Shown here: positions 29,729-39,271 of the stretch, one piece after another
How positions within the stretch are numbered: position 1 is the stretch's first letter
Layout of the letters: each line of letters begins with the position of its first letter
Origin: an uncultured Ignavibacteria bacterium
GTDB taxonomy: Bacteria; Zixibacteria; MSB-5A5; JAABVY01
Direction of reading: 5' to 3'
Assembly (NCBI GenBank): GCA_964627935.1
Contig: CAZVLB010000001.1
Location: 308,626-372,625, forward strand
Length of the DNA: 64,000 nucleotides
The notes under the pieces: model-generated
Seen by the model: the letters and a program-made list of their open reading frames with translations, nothing else
Database searches by the model: none
What the model was told of the DNA's origin: nothing
Program-made: the position numbers and the translations under genes

Positions 29729-31210
29729 ATGAAATTAAAATCAGCATCACTAATTATTTTCATGCTTCTAATGGCCGCTGTAACATTAAACGCTGCCAAC
29801 CGGGTGATAATGAATTCGATTCCGCAATCGCCGGTTCATAATACGGAAACTGTTCTTCAGATTGTGACTCAATGGGAAAACGACATCCTTCTGCAGGGCG
29901 TTTCCAATGGATTCGAGTTGACTGTCAGTGGAAATATCGTTTGTGAGATAGATTCCGGAAGTGCCGCAATCGTAGCAGGAAGCCGTCTTGACGGCGCAAT
30001 GGGCTGGAATTTCCGCTATTACCAGGCGCCGTTCGATTCAATAATCATGGGCGGTATCTATATTCCCGGCACATATGATGGTGTGCCCGCCGGAGCATTA
30101 GCTGATGCCTGGACAATGGACCTGAACCTGTCTTATCCCGGCGGAGATCCGGTAACAGATACAGGAACGGTATGTATTGACTCATTGTCGATCTCACCCT
30201 CGGGGCAGTGGATCTGGGATGACGGTACGGGAAACATCAATCCGACTTTTAATGACGGCACGGGTCCGTTGTGCATAGAGGTTGTCTGGCAGATTTGTAC
30301 CGATTCCGATAATGACGGCTATGGTGATCCCGGATTTCCCGAGAATGAATGCCCTGATGATAACTGTCCCGATGTCTTCAATCCGGATCAGCTTGATTCC
30401 GACGGTGATGGTGTCGGCGATTTGTGTGATATCTGCCCCAATCATGAGCTGGATGATTGCTGTAATCCCACAGTAGATAATAATGCACCTCAGATTACAT
30501 CACCATCCAGTATAACGGTTCTTCCGGTTGTGGATGAGGTCAATTATATTGCTGAATGTGATGATCCCGATTGTTCGGGCGGTGAATTGATTTTCAGTGT
30601 CGAGAATGTGCCCGCATGGCTGATTCTCAATGGCGATACGATAAGCGGCACGGCATCATGCGGCGAAGAGGATGCATTGCTGAGACTGATCGTTTCCGAC
30701 GGCACATTGGCGGATACGCTGATAGTCACGGTTGATGTCGATAATAGCAACCAGGCACCACAGATTACAGATCCGGCCGATACGATCAAAGTCTATAACG
30801 GTACTGAATTTGTGTATTATCCGACCATCGATGATCCTGATGATGCTACCCATACGATTAATTATCTGGCATTGCCCGACTGGGCCTCGGTCGTAAATGA
30901 CAGTGTTAAGGCCACCGTACCGTTGGTCAATAATATTCAGGACCTGACAGTGGCTGTCTCCGATGTTTGCGGCGCGGACACATTGAGCTTCCCGGTCTGG
31001 GCCTATATCTGCGGTGATGGTAATAATGACGGCGATGTAAATGTCAGTGATGCTGTCTGGATCATCAACTATGTTTTTGTCAGTGGTGATGCTCCGCTGC
31101 CGATTGAGGCCGGAGATGCTAACTGCGACGGCGATGTTAATGTCAGCGACGCGGTCTGGATCATTAACTTTGTATTCGTCAGCGGCCCGGCCCCCTGCGA
31201 GTGCCCATAA
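29729..31210 (+). CDS. Secreted protein with TSP3 repeats, Ig/cadherin-like domains and C-terminal dockerin-like module
   Basis: Signal peptide (LIIFMLLMAAVTLNAA), TSP3 repeats (DSDNDGYGD...CPDVFNPDQLDSDGDGVGDLCDIC), C-terminal [23 protein letters not shown]...PCECP. Confidence 0.65.
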   Translation: MKLKSASLIIFMLLMAAVTLNAANRVIMNSIPQSPVHNTETVLQIVTQWENDILLQGVSNGFELTVSGNIVCEIDSGSAAIVAGSRLDGAMGWNFRYYQAPFDSIIMGGIYIPGTYDGVPAGALADAWTMDLNLSYPGGDPVTDTGTVCIDSLSISPSGQWIWDDGTGNINPTFNDGTGPLCIEVVWQICTDSDNDGYGDPGFPENECPDDNCPDVFNPDQLDSDGDGVGDLCDICPNHELDDCCNPTVDNNAPQITSPSSITVLPVVDEVNYIAECDDPDCSGGELIFSVENVPAWLILNGDTISGTASCGEEDALLRLIVSDGTLADTLIVTVDVDNSNQAPQITDPADTIKVYNGTEFVYYPTIDDPDDATHTINYLALPDWASVVNDSVKATVPLVNNIQDLTVAVSDVCGADTLSFPVWAYICGDGNNDGDVNVSDAVWIINYVFVSGDAPLPIEAGDANCDGDVNVSDAVWIINFVFVSGPAPCECP

Positions 31211-31233
31211 TTTGTTTACAATTAAGTGATTTC

Positions 31234-31265
31234 AACCCGGTCGAAAAGTGGCCGGGTTTTTTTGT
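31234..31265 (+). terminator. Rho-independent terminator after gene 29729-31210
   Basis: ACCCGGTC-gaaaagtg-GCCGGGT followed by a 7-T run. Confidence 0.65.
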
Positions 31266-31569
31266 TTGCTGATCGTGATTTAGAAAACATATTTGTCAAT
31301 TTGCCGTACACCATACTGATCCCTCGAACCATAATTGAACTGTCAAAATTAAAACTGCGAATATTGTTCTCTCTGCCTTCCCCAGTGATGAGGGCGTTTT
31401 CCAATTTCTCCTTACCTTGTCACGCAACGATGCCGGGCGGATTGCATGGCCGCCCGGCGCTTTAATATTATCTGCAATTTTGCGATTGACTAATTAAACC
31501 AAAACCTTAGATTTATTATATACTCCATATAATTTGGAAATTCCGCATACCCTTTCCCTGGAGTGAAAA

Positions 31570-33222
31570 ATGAAAATCAAATATTTTTCCGTACCGGTGA
31601 TAATTTGTATGCTTTTTATGGGTGAAACACTTCTCGCCCAGCAAAGCACTACCGGCCCGGTACCGCCCGAAGGTGTTGATCTGGGCTCGACATTGAAGTC
31701 AAGGTCGCAGGTGACGATTGAAGGGGTACCCCGTTATATCTGGCATCACGGCTGTGGGCCGACTGCGGCCGGCATGGTGATTGGCTATTGGGATGGACAT
31801 GGCTATGGTGACCTTGTTGATGGTGAGGCGATGGTCCAGCTCGGAAATGTCAAGACAATGATTGCAAGCGATAACGGCCTGGCGGTCTGCAATGATGTCT
31901 TCGCCGATCATTACCGCGATTATTCATGTCCGCGTGATGACACGGGGCCGCTTCTGGCCGATAAATCTGAGACAGGTGGAGCGCATGAAAATGAATGCCT
32001 GGCTGATTTTATGAAAACATCATGGAGCTCAATCGGCAATCGTTATGGCTGGAGCTATGACAGTGATTTGCAGATTTCACTGGATCAATATGTGCCGTAT
32101 GTAAATCCGGCCTATAGCGTGGAGACCGAGAATATTGCCTGCTGGGATGCTGAATTCAGTTGGCAAAGATACAAGGCCGAAATCGATTCCGGGCGGCCGG
32201 TGGTACTTCTGGTTGACACTGACAGCGACGGTTCTACCGATCATTTTGTGACAGCGATCGGCTATGATGACTCAAGCCTGGAATATGGAATATATAATAC
32301 ATGGGACACACAGCTTCACTGGCACAGCTGGGCCGATATTTCCCCGGGCCAGCCCTGGGGAGTTTACAGCATGACGACAATGAAGTGGACCGGTATATGT
32401 GTTGATTCAGATGGCGATAACTGGGGCGACCCCGGTCATCCGGAAAACATATGCGATACCGATAACTGCCCGGATGTCTACAATCCAGCCCAGGATGATA
32501 CAGATGGCGATGGGCTGGGTGATGCCTGTGATCCTGATATCGATGATGATGGATTCCTTAATGAAGATGACAACTGTCCCTATGCTCACAATATTGATCA
32601 GTCCGACACTGACGGCGACAACATAGGTGATGTCTGCGATAATTGCCCGATAGTTTCAAATCCGATGCAGTGGGATGAAGATTCCGATGGCGTCGGAGAT
32701 GCCTGCGACGGCCAGTTGCATATGCAATGCTATGATGTGCCCGATGGAATAATAGGGGAGCCGTATTCATATCAATTCCAGGCTGTGGGTGGTGTGACAC
32801 CCTATAACTGGGAAAAAGTCTGGGGGCAGTTCCCCTATGGTTTGAGTTTCGACAATCAAACAGGGATACTGCAGGGCATACCGACATGGGAGTCGGATTA
32901 TAGTTTCCGTATGCGTGTTACCGATTCCGATTCACCGATGAATGAAGATACCATGCTGATTACGATAGTCATCAGCCAACCACCGCAACCGGATTATATC
33001 TGCGGGGATGCAAATTCCGATGACGACGTCAATATCAGCGATGCCGTATTTGTCATAAATTATATTTTCGTTGCCGGTACTACTCCCGATCCGATTGACT
33101 CGGCGGATACGAATTGTGATGATGGTGTCAATATCAGTGATGCAGTCTGGATTATAAATTTCGTTTTTGCCGGCGGCAATGCGCCCTGTGATACGAATGA
33201 TGATGGTCAGCCCGACTGCTGA
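31570..33222 (+). CDS. Secreted papain-like cysteine peptidase (C39/C10-like) with TSP3 repeats, He_PIG-type Ig domain and C-terminal dockerin-like module
   Basis: Signal peptide; putative catalytic Cys in [17 protein letters not shown]; TSP3 repeats; putative Ig motif ([29 protein letters not shown]); dockerin-like C-terminus. Confidence 0.55.
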   Translation: MKIKYFSVPVIICMLFMGETLLAQQSTTGPVPPEGVDLGSTLKSRSQVTIEGVPRYIWHHGCGPTAAGMVIGYWDGHGYGDLVDGEAMVQLGNVKTMIASDNGLAVCNDVFADHYRDYSCPRDDTGPLLADKSETGGAHENECLADFMKTSWSSIGNRYGWSYDSDLQISLDQYVPYVNPAYSVETENIACWDAEFSWQRYKAEIDSGRPVVLLVDTDSDGSTDHFVTAIGYDDSSLEYGIYNTWDTQLHWHSWADISPGQPWGVYSMTTMKWTGICVDSDGDNWGDPGHPENICDTDNCPDVYNPAQDDTDGDGLGDACDPDIDDDGFLNEDDNCPYAHNIDQSDTDGDNIGDVCDNCPIVSNPMQWDEDSDGVGDACDGQLHMQCYDVPDGIIGEPYSYQFQAVGGVTPYNWEKVWGQFPYGLSFDNQTGILQGIPTWESDYSFRMRVTDSDSPMNEDTMLITIVISQPPQPDYICGDANSDDDVNISDAVFVINYIFVAGTTPDPIDSADTNCDDGVNISDAVWIINFVFAGGNAPCDTNDDGQPDC

Positions 33223-33235
33223 TGATGGATATCGA

Positions 33236-33280
33236 GATTCAAACAAAAAAAACCGGCCTGTTTGATTTCGGGCCGGTTTA
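33236..33280. terminator. Bidirectional terminator between convergent genes 31570-33222 and 33297-33935
   Basis: A-run, CCGGCC-tgtttgatttcg-GGCCGG hairpin, then TTTATTTTT. Confidence 0.7.
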
Positions 33281-33296
33281 TTTTTGCGGTTTTAGT

Positions 33297-33935
33297 TTAA
33301 TATTCGGGTTGCATGCTGAATGCCTGCGACATCAACGCGCCCATGAGCGAAATGCGCCACTTGCCGCCTTCTTTGATCAGGGTGATCTCCTGTGTCTGGC
33401 TTTCCATGGCAAAGGTCTTGTCCTTGATATGCCTTTTAAAGCTGGCAATCATTGCCGCAATCAACATTGTTTTGTCGTCATACGATAATTCCTCAAAACC
33501 ATTCCCCAGCTTGTCCAGGCGGTCACGTATTTCCGGGTCAATATTATCTTTGATAATATTTTCGGGGTCATCTTTTATAATGCTGACAGTAATTGGCACA
33601 TAGGCGGTATCCCCGCTGCCGTAGGGCTTGCCGATTTTATAGTTAAGCAGATTTTCAGGAATGGGTGTAATATCGCTGAGGAAATATTGAAGCAACTTAA
33701 TCTCTTCGGGCATATCCTCATTGAATTTGCCTGCCAGTAATTCGCTGACACCCGGAAACATTCCGAGCATGGCCCGGTCACCGGCTGAAAGCAGATTATA
33801 AGCGCCCAAAAGATCACCCTCTTTGGCAATGCTGTCCATGAATTTCTGTGCCGTCTCGGCTTTATCATCACCGGAACCGCAGGCGATAAAAAGAGCCAAG
33901 AGAGCTGCTGAAAAAACAGCGCAATACTTTTTCAC
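33297..33935 (-). CDS. Hypothetical lipoprotein
   Basis: Signal peptide with lipobox (LALFIACGSG), hydrophilic mature region, no enzymatic motif; shares a bidirectional terminator with the upstream plus-strand gene. Confidence 0.6.
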   Translation of the reverse strand: MKKYCAVFSAALLALFIACGSGDDKAETAQKFMDSIAKEGDLLGAYNLLSAGDRAMLGMFPGVSELLAGKFNEDMPEEIKLLQYFLSDITPIPENLLNYKIGKPYGSGDTAYVPITVSIIKDDPENIIKDNIDPEIRDRLDKLGNGFEELSYDDKTMLIAAMIASFKRHIKDKTFAMESQTQEITLIKEGGKWRISLMGALMSQAFSMQPEY

Positions 33936-34230
33936 GAAAACCTCCTCCTGTATAAAGCGGGAATGTCTTATAATCCTCTAACAAACAAAAATCTACTTAT
34001 TAATGGATTTTACTTTTATTGAATCGTCAGATTTTGCGCGAACATACAGCCGCAAAATTGTATGAATTTTGGTCATATTCGCTTTCGTTAGTCGTCTAAA
34101 AGCCTTGACTTTACGGACGGATTTAGCTATTTTGCAGTTTTTAATATGGACCTTCAGGTACTGGAACACGTTGTCCTGGACACGGTTATATAAACGGGAA
34201 ATTAAATTAATCACAGAATAGAGAGGTAAT

Positions 34231-35277
34231 ATGGTAGGAATTGTTGGATATGGTGCCAAGATACCCCGGCATCGTATTAAAGTGGAAGAAATTGCCAAAG
34301 TGTGGGGTGCTGATGCCGAGAGTTACAAGCGCGGGCTTCAGCTGACAGAGAAATCGGTCCCCGCACCGGATGTCGACTGTGTCACACTTTCAGTGGAGTC
34401 GACACGCTATGCATTGAAGCGGGCCGGGATTCAGGGCAGTCAGATTGGCGCTCTGTATATCGGCTCCGAATCCCATCCCTATGCGGTCAAGCCCTCCGGC
34501 ACGATCTGTGCCGAGGCGATCGGTGCCACACCGCATTGTCATAATGCGGATTATGAATTTGCCTGCAAGGCCGGTTCCGAGGCGATGTTTGTCGCCATGG
34601 GCCTGGTCAAATCTGGCTTTGTCGAATATGCGGCCGGAATCGGCGCAGATACATCGCAGGGAGCTCCCGGCGACGCCCTGGAATATTCCGCGGCGGCTGG
34701 CGCTGCATCATTTATCATGGGCAGCGACAACATCATTGCCGAGCTTTTATTCCAGCACTCGTGGATGAGTGATACCCCTGACTTCTGGCGCCGCGAGCAT
34801 GAACATTATCCCCAGCATGGCGGAAGGTTCACTGGCGAACCGGCCTATTTCACGACTATCACAGGTTGCGCCAAGGCTCTTCTGGAAAAATCCGGAATGA
34901 AGCCCGAGGATTTCGCCTTTGCGGTATTTCATCAGCCCAACGGCAAATTCCCGATGAGGATCGGCAAGATGCTGGGCTTCGAGCGCGAACAGCTGGAAAC
35001 CGGATGGCTCGTGCCGGTTCTCGGTAACACCTATTCCGGCGCATCTCCGATCGGCCTGACGGCTATCCTGGATATCGCCAAGCCGGGTGATAAGATTTTC
35101 ATGTGCTCGTATGGCTCCGGCGCGGGATCTGACGGTTTCATATTCCAGGTCACCGACCGAATCAAAGAGGTCCAGGACCTGGCTCCCAAGACCCGTCCCC
35201 AGCTGGATGAAAACAAAATCTATGTCGACTATGGCACGTATGCCAAGTTCCGCAAGAAAATTTTGAAAAACGCTTAG
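34231..35277 (+). CDS. Hydroxymethylglutaryl-CoA synthase, archaeal-type (short ~350 aa form)
   Basis: N-terminus MVGIVGYGAKIPRHRIKVEEIAKVWG is the hallmark of archaeal-type HMGCS; thiolase-fold condensing enzyme with active-site Cys; followed by thiolase and OB-fold partner genes. Confidence 0.8.
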   Translation: MVGIVGYGAKIPRHRIKVEEIAKVWGADAESYKRGLQLTEKSVPAPDVDCVTLSVESTRYALKRAGIQGSQIGALYIGSESHPYAVKPSGTICAEAIGATPHCHNADYEFACKAGSEAMFVAMGLVKSGFVEYAAGIGADTSQGAPGDALEYSAAAGAASFIMGSDNIIAELLFQHSWMSDTPDFWRREHEHYPQHGGRFTGEPAYFTTITGCAKALLEKSGMKPEDFAFAVFHQPNGKFPMRIGKMLGFEREQLETGWLVPVLGNTYSGASPIGLTAILDIAKPGDKIFMCSYGSGAGSDGFIFQVTDRIKEVQDLAPKTRPQLDENKIYVDYGTYAKFRKKILKNA

Positions 35278-35289
35278 GAGTTAATAGAA

Positions 35290-36450
35290 ATGAGAGATGT
35301 AGCTATTATAGGCGTTGGCATGACCAAGTGGGGAGAGATTTGGGAAAAGTCCCTCCGCCAGCTTTTTGTTGATGTCGCCATCGAGGCGATTGCCGATGCC
35401 GGTATAGAAGATCTGGATGGTATGTATATTGGCAGCATGTCTCCCGGTCTGTTTGTCGGTCAGGAACATATTGGTTCCCTGATGGCCGACTACATGGGCC
35501 GCAGACATCTTCCCGCCGCCAGAGTTGAATCAGCCTGTGCCTCGGGCGGACTGGCAGTTAAAACCGCTTTTCTGGATGTGGCCTCCGGGTATTCCAATAT
35601 CGTCCTGGCGGGCGGTGTTGAAAAGATGACCGATGTTTCCGGTGACGGCGCCACATATGCGCTGGCAACCGCCGCCGACCAGGAATACGAAGTGTTCCAT
35701 GGCGCGACATTCCCGGGCCTGTATGCCATGATGGCCCGCCGTCATATGCATGAATACGGCACAACACGTCGCCAGCTTTCATCAGTGGCAGTCAAGAATC
35801 ATGAGAACGGCTCCAAGAATCCCTATGCCCAGTATCCTTTCAAGGTCACTCATGAGGGCGTGGAGAATTCGACTATGGTCGCCGATCCGTTGACAATCCT
35901 GGATTGTTCGCCGATCACAGACGGCGCCGCGGCGGTGATTCTGGCCGATATGGAAACGGCCAAGAGAGTCTGCAAGGATAAGCCGCTGGTTAAGATCATC
36001 GGCGTGGGCCATGCCACAGATTCGATCGCATTGCATGACCGCAAATCACTTTCCGGCCTGTCCGGTACTCGTGTGGCGGGCGAAAGAGCCTACAAGATGG
36101 CCGGCAAGACACCTGAGGATATCAATGTTGCCGAGTTCCATGACTGCTTCACGATTGCCGAGATCATGGTTTTGGAAGAACTTGGTTTTTGCGAGAAGGG
36201 CAAAGGCGGAGAATACACCGAATCCTGCAACACGCATATTGGCGGCAAGATTCCGGTCAACACCTCCGGCGGCCTGAAATCCAAGGGTCACCCGGTCGGC
36301 GCCACAGGCGTTGCCCAGGTGCTCGAAATCACCAAACAGCTTCGCGGCGAATGCGGTGATCGCCAGGTGGAAGGCGCCAAAGTCGGCCTGACACAGAATA
36401 TGGGCGGTACCGGTGGTTCAACTGTTGTGCATATACTGGAGGTGGTCTAA
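35290..36450 (+). CDS. Acetyl-CoA C-acetyltransferase, archaeal-type thiolase (partner of HMGCS)
   Basis: [17 protein letters not shown]-terminus, thiolase-fold motifs ([11 protein letters not shown]; GHPVGATG); stop overlaps the next start (TAATG). Confidence 0.8.
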   Translation: MRDVAIIGVGMTKWGEIWEKSLRQLFVDVAIEAIADAGIEDLDGMYIGSMSPGLFVGQEHIGSLMADYMGRRHLPAARVESACASGGLAVKTAFLDVASGYSNIVLAGGVEKMTDVSGDGATYALATAADQEYEVFHGATFPGLYAMMARRHMHEYGTTRRQLSSVAVKNHENGSKNPYAQYPFKVTHEGVENSTMVADPLTILDCSPITDGAAAVILADMETAKRVCKDKPLVKIIGVGHATDSIALHDRKSLSGLSGTRVAGERAYKMAGKTPEDINVAEFHDCFTIAEIMVLEELGFCEKGKGGEYTESCNTHIGGKIPVNTSGGLKSKGHPVGATGVAQVLEITKQLRGECGDRQVEGAKVGLTQNMGGTGGSTVVHILEVV

Positions 36451-36845
36451 TGTTTCCGGCAAGAATATGGAGAGAAAGGCCGCAGAGATATCGTCTCGAG
36501 GCGGTCAAGAATAAAGCCACCGGCGAGGTCTATTTCCCGCCCCGCGTGGTAGACAGAGACGGCAAGAAGTTCGAAGCCGAAAATTATATCCTTCCCAGCG
36601 AAGGAAAGATTCATACCTATACAATCATCGAGGTTCCTCCCAGCCAGTTCAAAGATGAGGCTCCCTATGTTGTCGGTATAGTCGAGCTTTCCGATGGTAC
36701 TAAGCTGACCTGCCAGATCACCGATCTGGCCGACAAAAGCTGGCTTGGCATCGGCAAGAAAGTTCGCCTGGAATTCAGAAGAGTCCAGACCGACAGCCAT
36801 CATGGAGTATTGTCTTACGGCTATAAAGCCGTGCCGGCGGAGTAA
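36450..36845 (+). CDS. OB-fold (DUF35-like) acyl-CoA-associated protein, scaffold partner of thiolase/HMGCS
   Basis: 131-aa protein in the conserved third position of thiolase-HMGCS-DUF35 operons; OB-fold-like pattern; the Zn-ribbon cysteines appear to be absent. Confidence 0.6.
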   Translation: MFPARIWRERPQRYRLEAVKNKATGEVYFPPRVVDRDGKKFEAENYILPSEGKIHTYTIIEVPPSQFKDEAPYVVGIVELSDGTKLTCQITDLADKSWLGIGKKVRLEFRRVQTDSHHGVLSYGYKAVPAE

Positions 36846-36847
36846 CG

Positions 36848-38458
36848 ATGTATTCACGAATTGAATCGAAGATCGACACATCCTCGGCGGACTTCAAAAA
36901 AAATCGGGAGGAAAACCTAAAACTCAGAGATGGGTTTTTAGAGAAACTGGAAGTCATCAAAAAGGGCGGACCGGATTACATGGTCGAGCGCCACAAGAAA
37001 CGTGGCAAGATGACCGCGCGTGAACGTCTGGCCGCTCTCTTCGACAAGAATACGCCGTTTCTGGAATTATCGCCCCTGGCGGCATATGACATGTACGAAA
37101 ATGAAGCCCCCTCGGCCGGGATGATCACCGGTATCGGTGTTGTCCGCGGCCGTGAGGTGCTGGTTATCGCCAATGATGCCACAGTCAAGGGCGGAACATA
37201 TTTTCCCATGACAATCAAGAAGCACGTGCGTGCCCAGCAGGTTGCCATGGAAAATCACCTGCCCTGTGTCTACCTGGTGGATTCCGGAGGAATCTTCCTG
37301 CCCCATCAAAGCGGGACATTCCCGGACCAGGGACATTTCGGACGGATTTTCTACAATCAGTCTGTCATGTCGGCCATGAGCATTCCACAGATTTCGGTGG
37401 TCATGGGTTCATGCACCGCCGGTGGTGCCTATGTGCCCGCTTTGTGCGATGAGACTGTCATTGTCAAGAAGCAGGGTACGATCTTTATCGGCGGCCCGCC
37501 TCTGGTGAAAGCCGCAACCGGTGAATCGGTAACCGATGAGGAATTGGGTGGCGCGGATGTACACTGCCGTATTTCAGGCGTGGCCGATCATTATGCGCAA
37601 AACGACCAGCATGCGATTGAAATCACACGTTCGGTTGTGGAATCGCTGGATCATCCGGCCAAATTCAAACTCAATCGTATCGAACCTGAGGATCCTTATT
37701 ATGATCCTGAGGAACTCTATGGCGTAGTGCCTGCCAACCTGCGCAAGCCCTATGATATTCGCGAAGCTATAGCACGAATTGTTGACGGCTCGAGATTCCA
37801 GGAATTCAAAGAATTATACGGCCAGACACTGGTGACCGGCTTCGCGCGAATTATGGGCTATCCGGTTGGCATAATCGGCAATAATGGTGTGCTTTTCTCG
37901 GAGAGTTCTGTCAAGGGAGCACATTTTATCGAGCTCTGCACCGAACGCCAGATTCCGCTTATCTTCCTGCAGAATATCAGCGGATTTATTGTCGGCAAGC
38001 AGTATGAGCATGGCGGCATTGCCAAAGACGGCGCCAAGATGGTGCATGCTGTGGCCAATGCCAAAGTGCCCAAGTTCACCGTTGTAATCGGTGGTTCATA
38101 CGGCGCCGGTAACTATGCCATGTGCGGACGTGGCTATTTCCCGCGTCTGATGTGGATGTGGCCGAATGCCAAGATCTGTGTCATGGGTGGTGAACAGGCT
38201 GCCGATGTGCTCTGGACCGTCAAGAAACGTCAGCTCGAGAAAAAGGGCGTGAAAATCACCGGGGATATGGAGCGGGAATTCAAGAAGCCGACACTGGAAC
38301 GCTACGAATTCGAATCGACGCCATATTATTCCGGGGCGAGGCTCTGGGATGACGGCATGATCGATCCGGTCGAGACGCGCAGGATGCTGGCGCTGGGTAT
38401 TTCCATGTCGCTCAATGCCGATGTGCCCAAGACCAAGTACGGTGTATTCAGGATGTAG
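36848..38458 (+). CDS. Acyl-CoA carboxylase carboxyltransferase subunit (methylcrotonyl-CoA carboxylase beta-like)
   Basis: Carboxyltransferase motifs ([22 protein letters not shown]; [11 protein letters not shown]; [13 protein letters not shown]); 536 aa as in MCC beta. Confidence 0.8.
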   Translation: MYSRIESKIDTSSADFKKNREENLKLRDGFLEKLEVIKKGGPDYMVERHKKRGKMTARERLAALFDKNTPFLELSPLAAYDMYENEAPSAGMITGIGVVRGREVLVIANDATVKGGTYFPMTIKKHVRAQQVAMENHLPCVYLVDSGGIFLPHQSGTFPDQGHFGRIFYNQSVMSAMSIPQISVVMGSCTAGGAYVPALCDETVIVKKQGTIFIGGPPLVKAATGESVTDEELGGADVHCRISGVADHYAQNDQHAIEITRSVVESLDHPAKFKLNRIEPEDPYYDPEELYGVVPANLRKPYDIREAIARIVDGSRFQEFKELYGQTLVTGFARIMGYPVGIIGNNGVLFSESSVKGAHFIELCTERQIPLIFLQNISGFIVGKQYEHGGIAKDGAKMVHAVANAKVPKFTVVIGGSYGAGNYAMCGRGYFPRLMWMWPNAKICVMGGEQAADVLWTVKKRQLEKKGVKITGDMEREFKKPTLERYEFESTPYYSGARLWDDGMIDPVETRRMLALGISMSLNADVPKTKYGVFRM

Positions 38459-38475
38459 CCGGGAAGGATTATCCG

Positions 38476-39261
38476 ATGGCTGACTATGAAACCATTAAAT
38501 ACAATAAGGACGGCAATGTTGCACGGATAACGTTCTGCCGTCCCAAAATCCATAACGCCTTCAATTCGACTATGATCCGTGAGCTTTATGATCTCTTCAG
38601 CAAGATGAGAGATGATAATGACATCCGGGTTGTGGTCATAACCGGCGAGGGCAAGTCCTATTGCGCCGGGGCCGATTTGAACTGGATGCGCGATGTGGTC
38701 AGGTATTCCTATGAACAGAATCTCAAGGAATCGCTGGAACTGGCCATGCTCTTCCGCACAATCTATGAATTCCCGCGCCCGGTGATCGGGCGAATCAATG
38801 GTGCCGCTATCGGTGGCGGGACGGGATTCGTGGCTGTAACGGATATTGCAATTGCGGCCGAATCGGCAGTGTTTTCATTTTCGGAGGTCAAGATCGGCGT
38901 GGTGCCGGCCTGTATTTCGCCCTATGTGGTCAAACGCGTGGGCGAGGGCCGTGCCCGTGAATTCTTCCTGACCGGCGAACGGCTGACCGCGCAACGCGCA
39001 TTGGATTCGGGCCTGGTCAATCGTATGGTGCCGGATGATAAGCTGGATGACGAGGTAGAGGCCATGGTCAAACAGCTGTTATCTTCCGGGCCGGATGCCC
39101 TGGCTATGTGCAAGGAACTTTTGGCAACCATAGCCGACCAGAATATCGGCGAATTCGAAAAATATACCGCCGAGGTGATCGCGACATTGCGCAAATCAGA
39201 TGAGGGACAGGAGGGTATGGACGCTTTTCTGAACAAACGCAAACCGAATTGGGTGGAGTAG
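38476..39261 (+). CDS. Enoyl-CoA hydratase (crotonase family; probable methylglutaconyl-CoA hydratase)
   Basis: Crotonase fold motifs (VVVITGEGKSYCAGADL; GRINGAAIGGG); position between MCC subunits. Confidence 0.75.
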   Translation: MADYETIKYNKDGNVARITFCRPKIHNAFNSTMIRELYDLFSKMRDDNDIRVVVITGEGKSYCAGADLNWMRDVVRYSYEQNLKESLELAMLFRTIYEFPRPVIGRINGAAIGGGTGFVAVTDIAIAAESAVFSFSEVKIGVVPACISPYVVKRVGEGRAREFFLTGERLTAQRALDSGLVNRMVPDDKLDDEVEAMVKQLLSSGPDALAMCKELLATIADQNIGEFEKYTAEVIATLRKSDEGQEGMDAFLNKRKPNWVE

Positions 39262-39271
39262 ATAATCAAAC

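Noticed and set aside
31226-31465. 79-aa ORF in the intergenic region between the Ig/TSP3 protein gene and the C39-like peptidase gene
   Set aside because: No ribosome-binding site, begins inside the upstream terminator, composition not protein-like. The region is better explained as a non-coding leader containing a hairpin.
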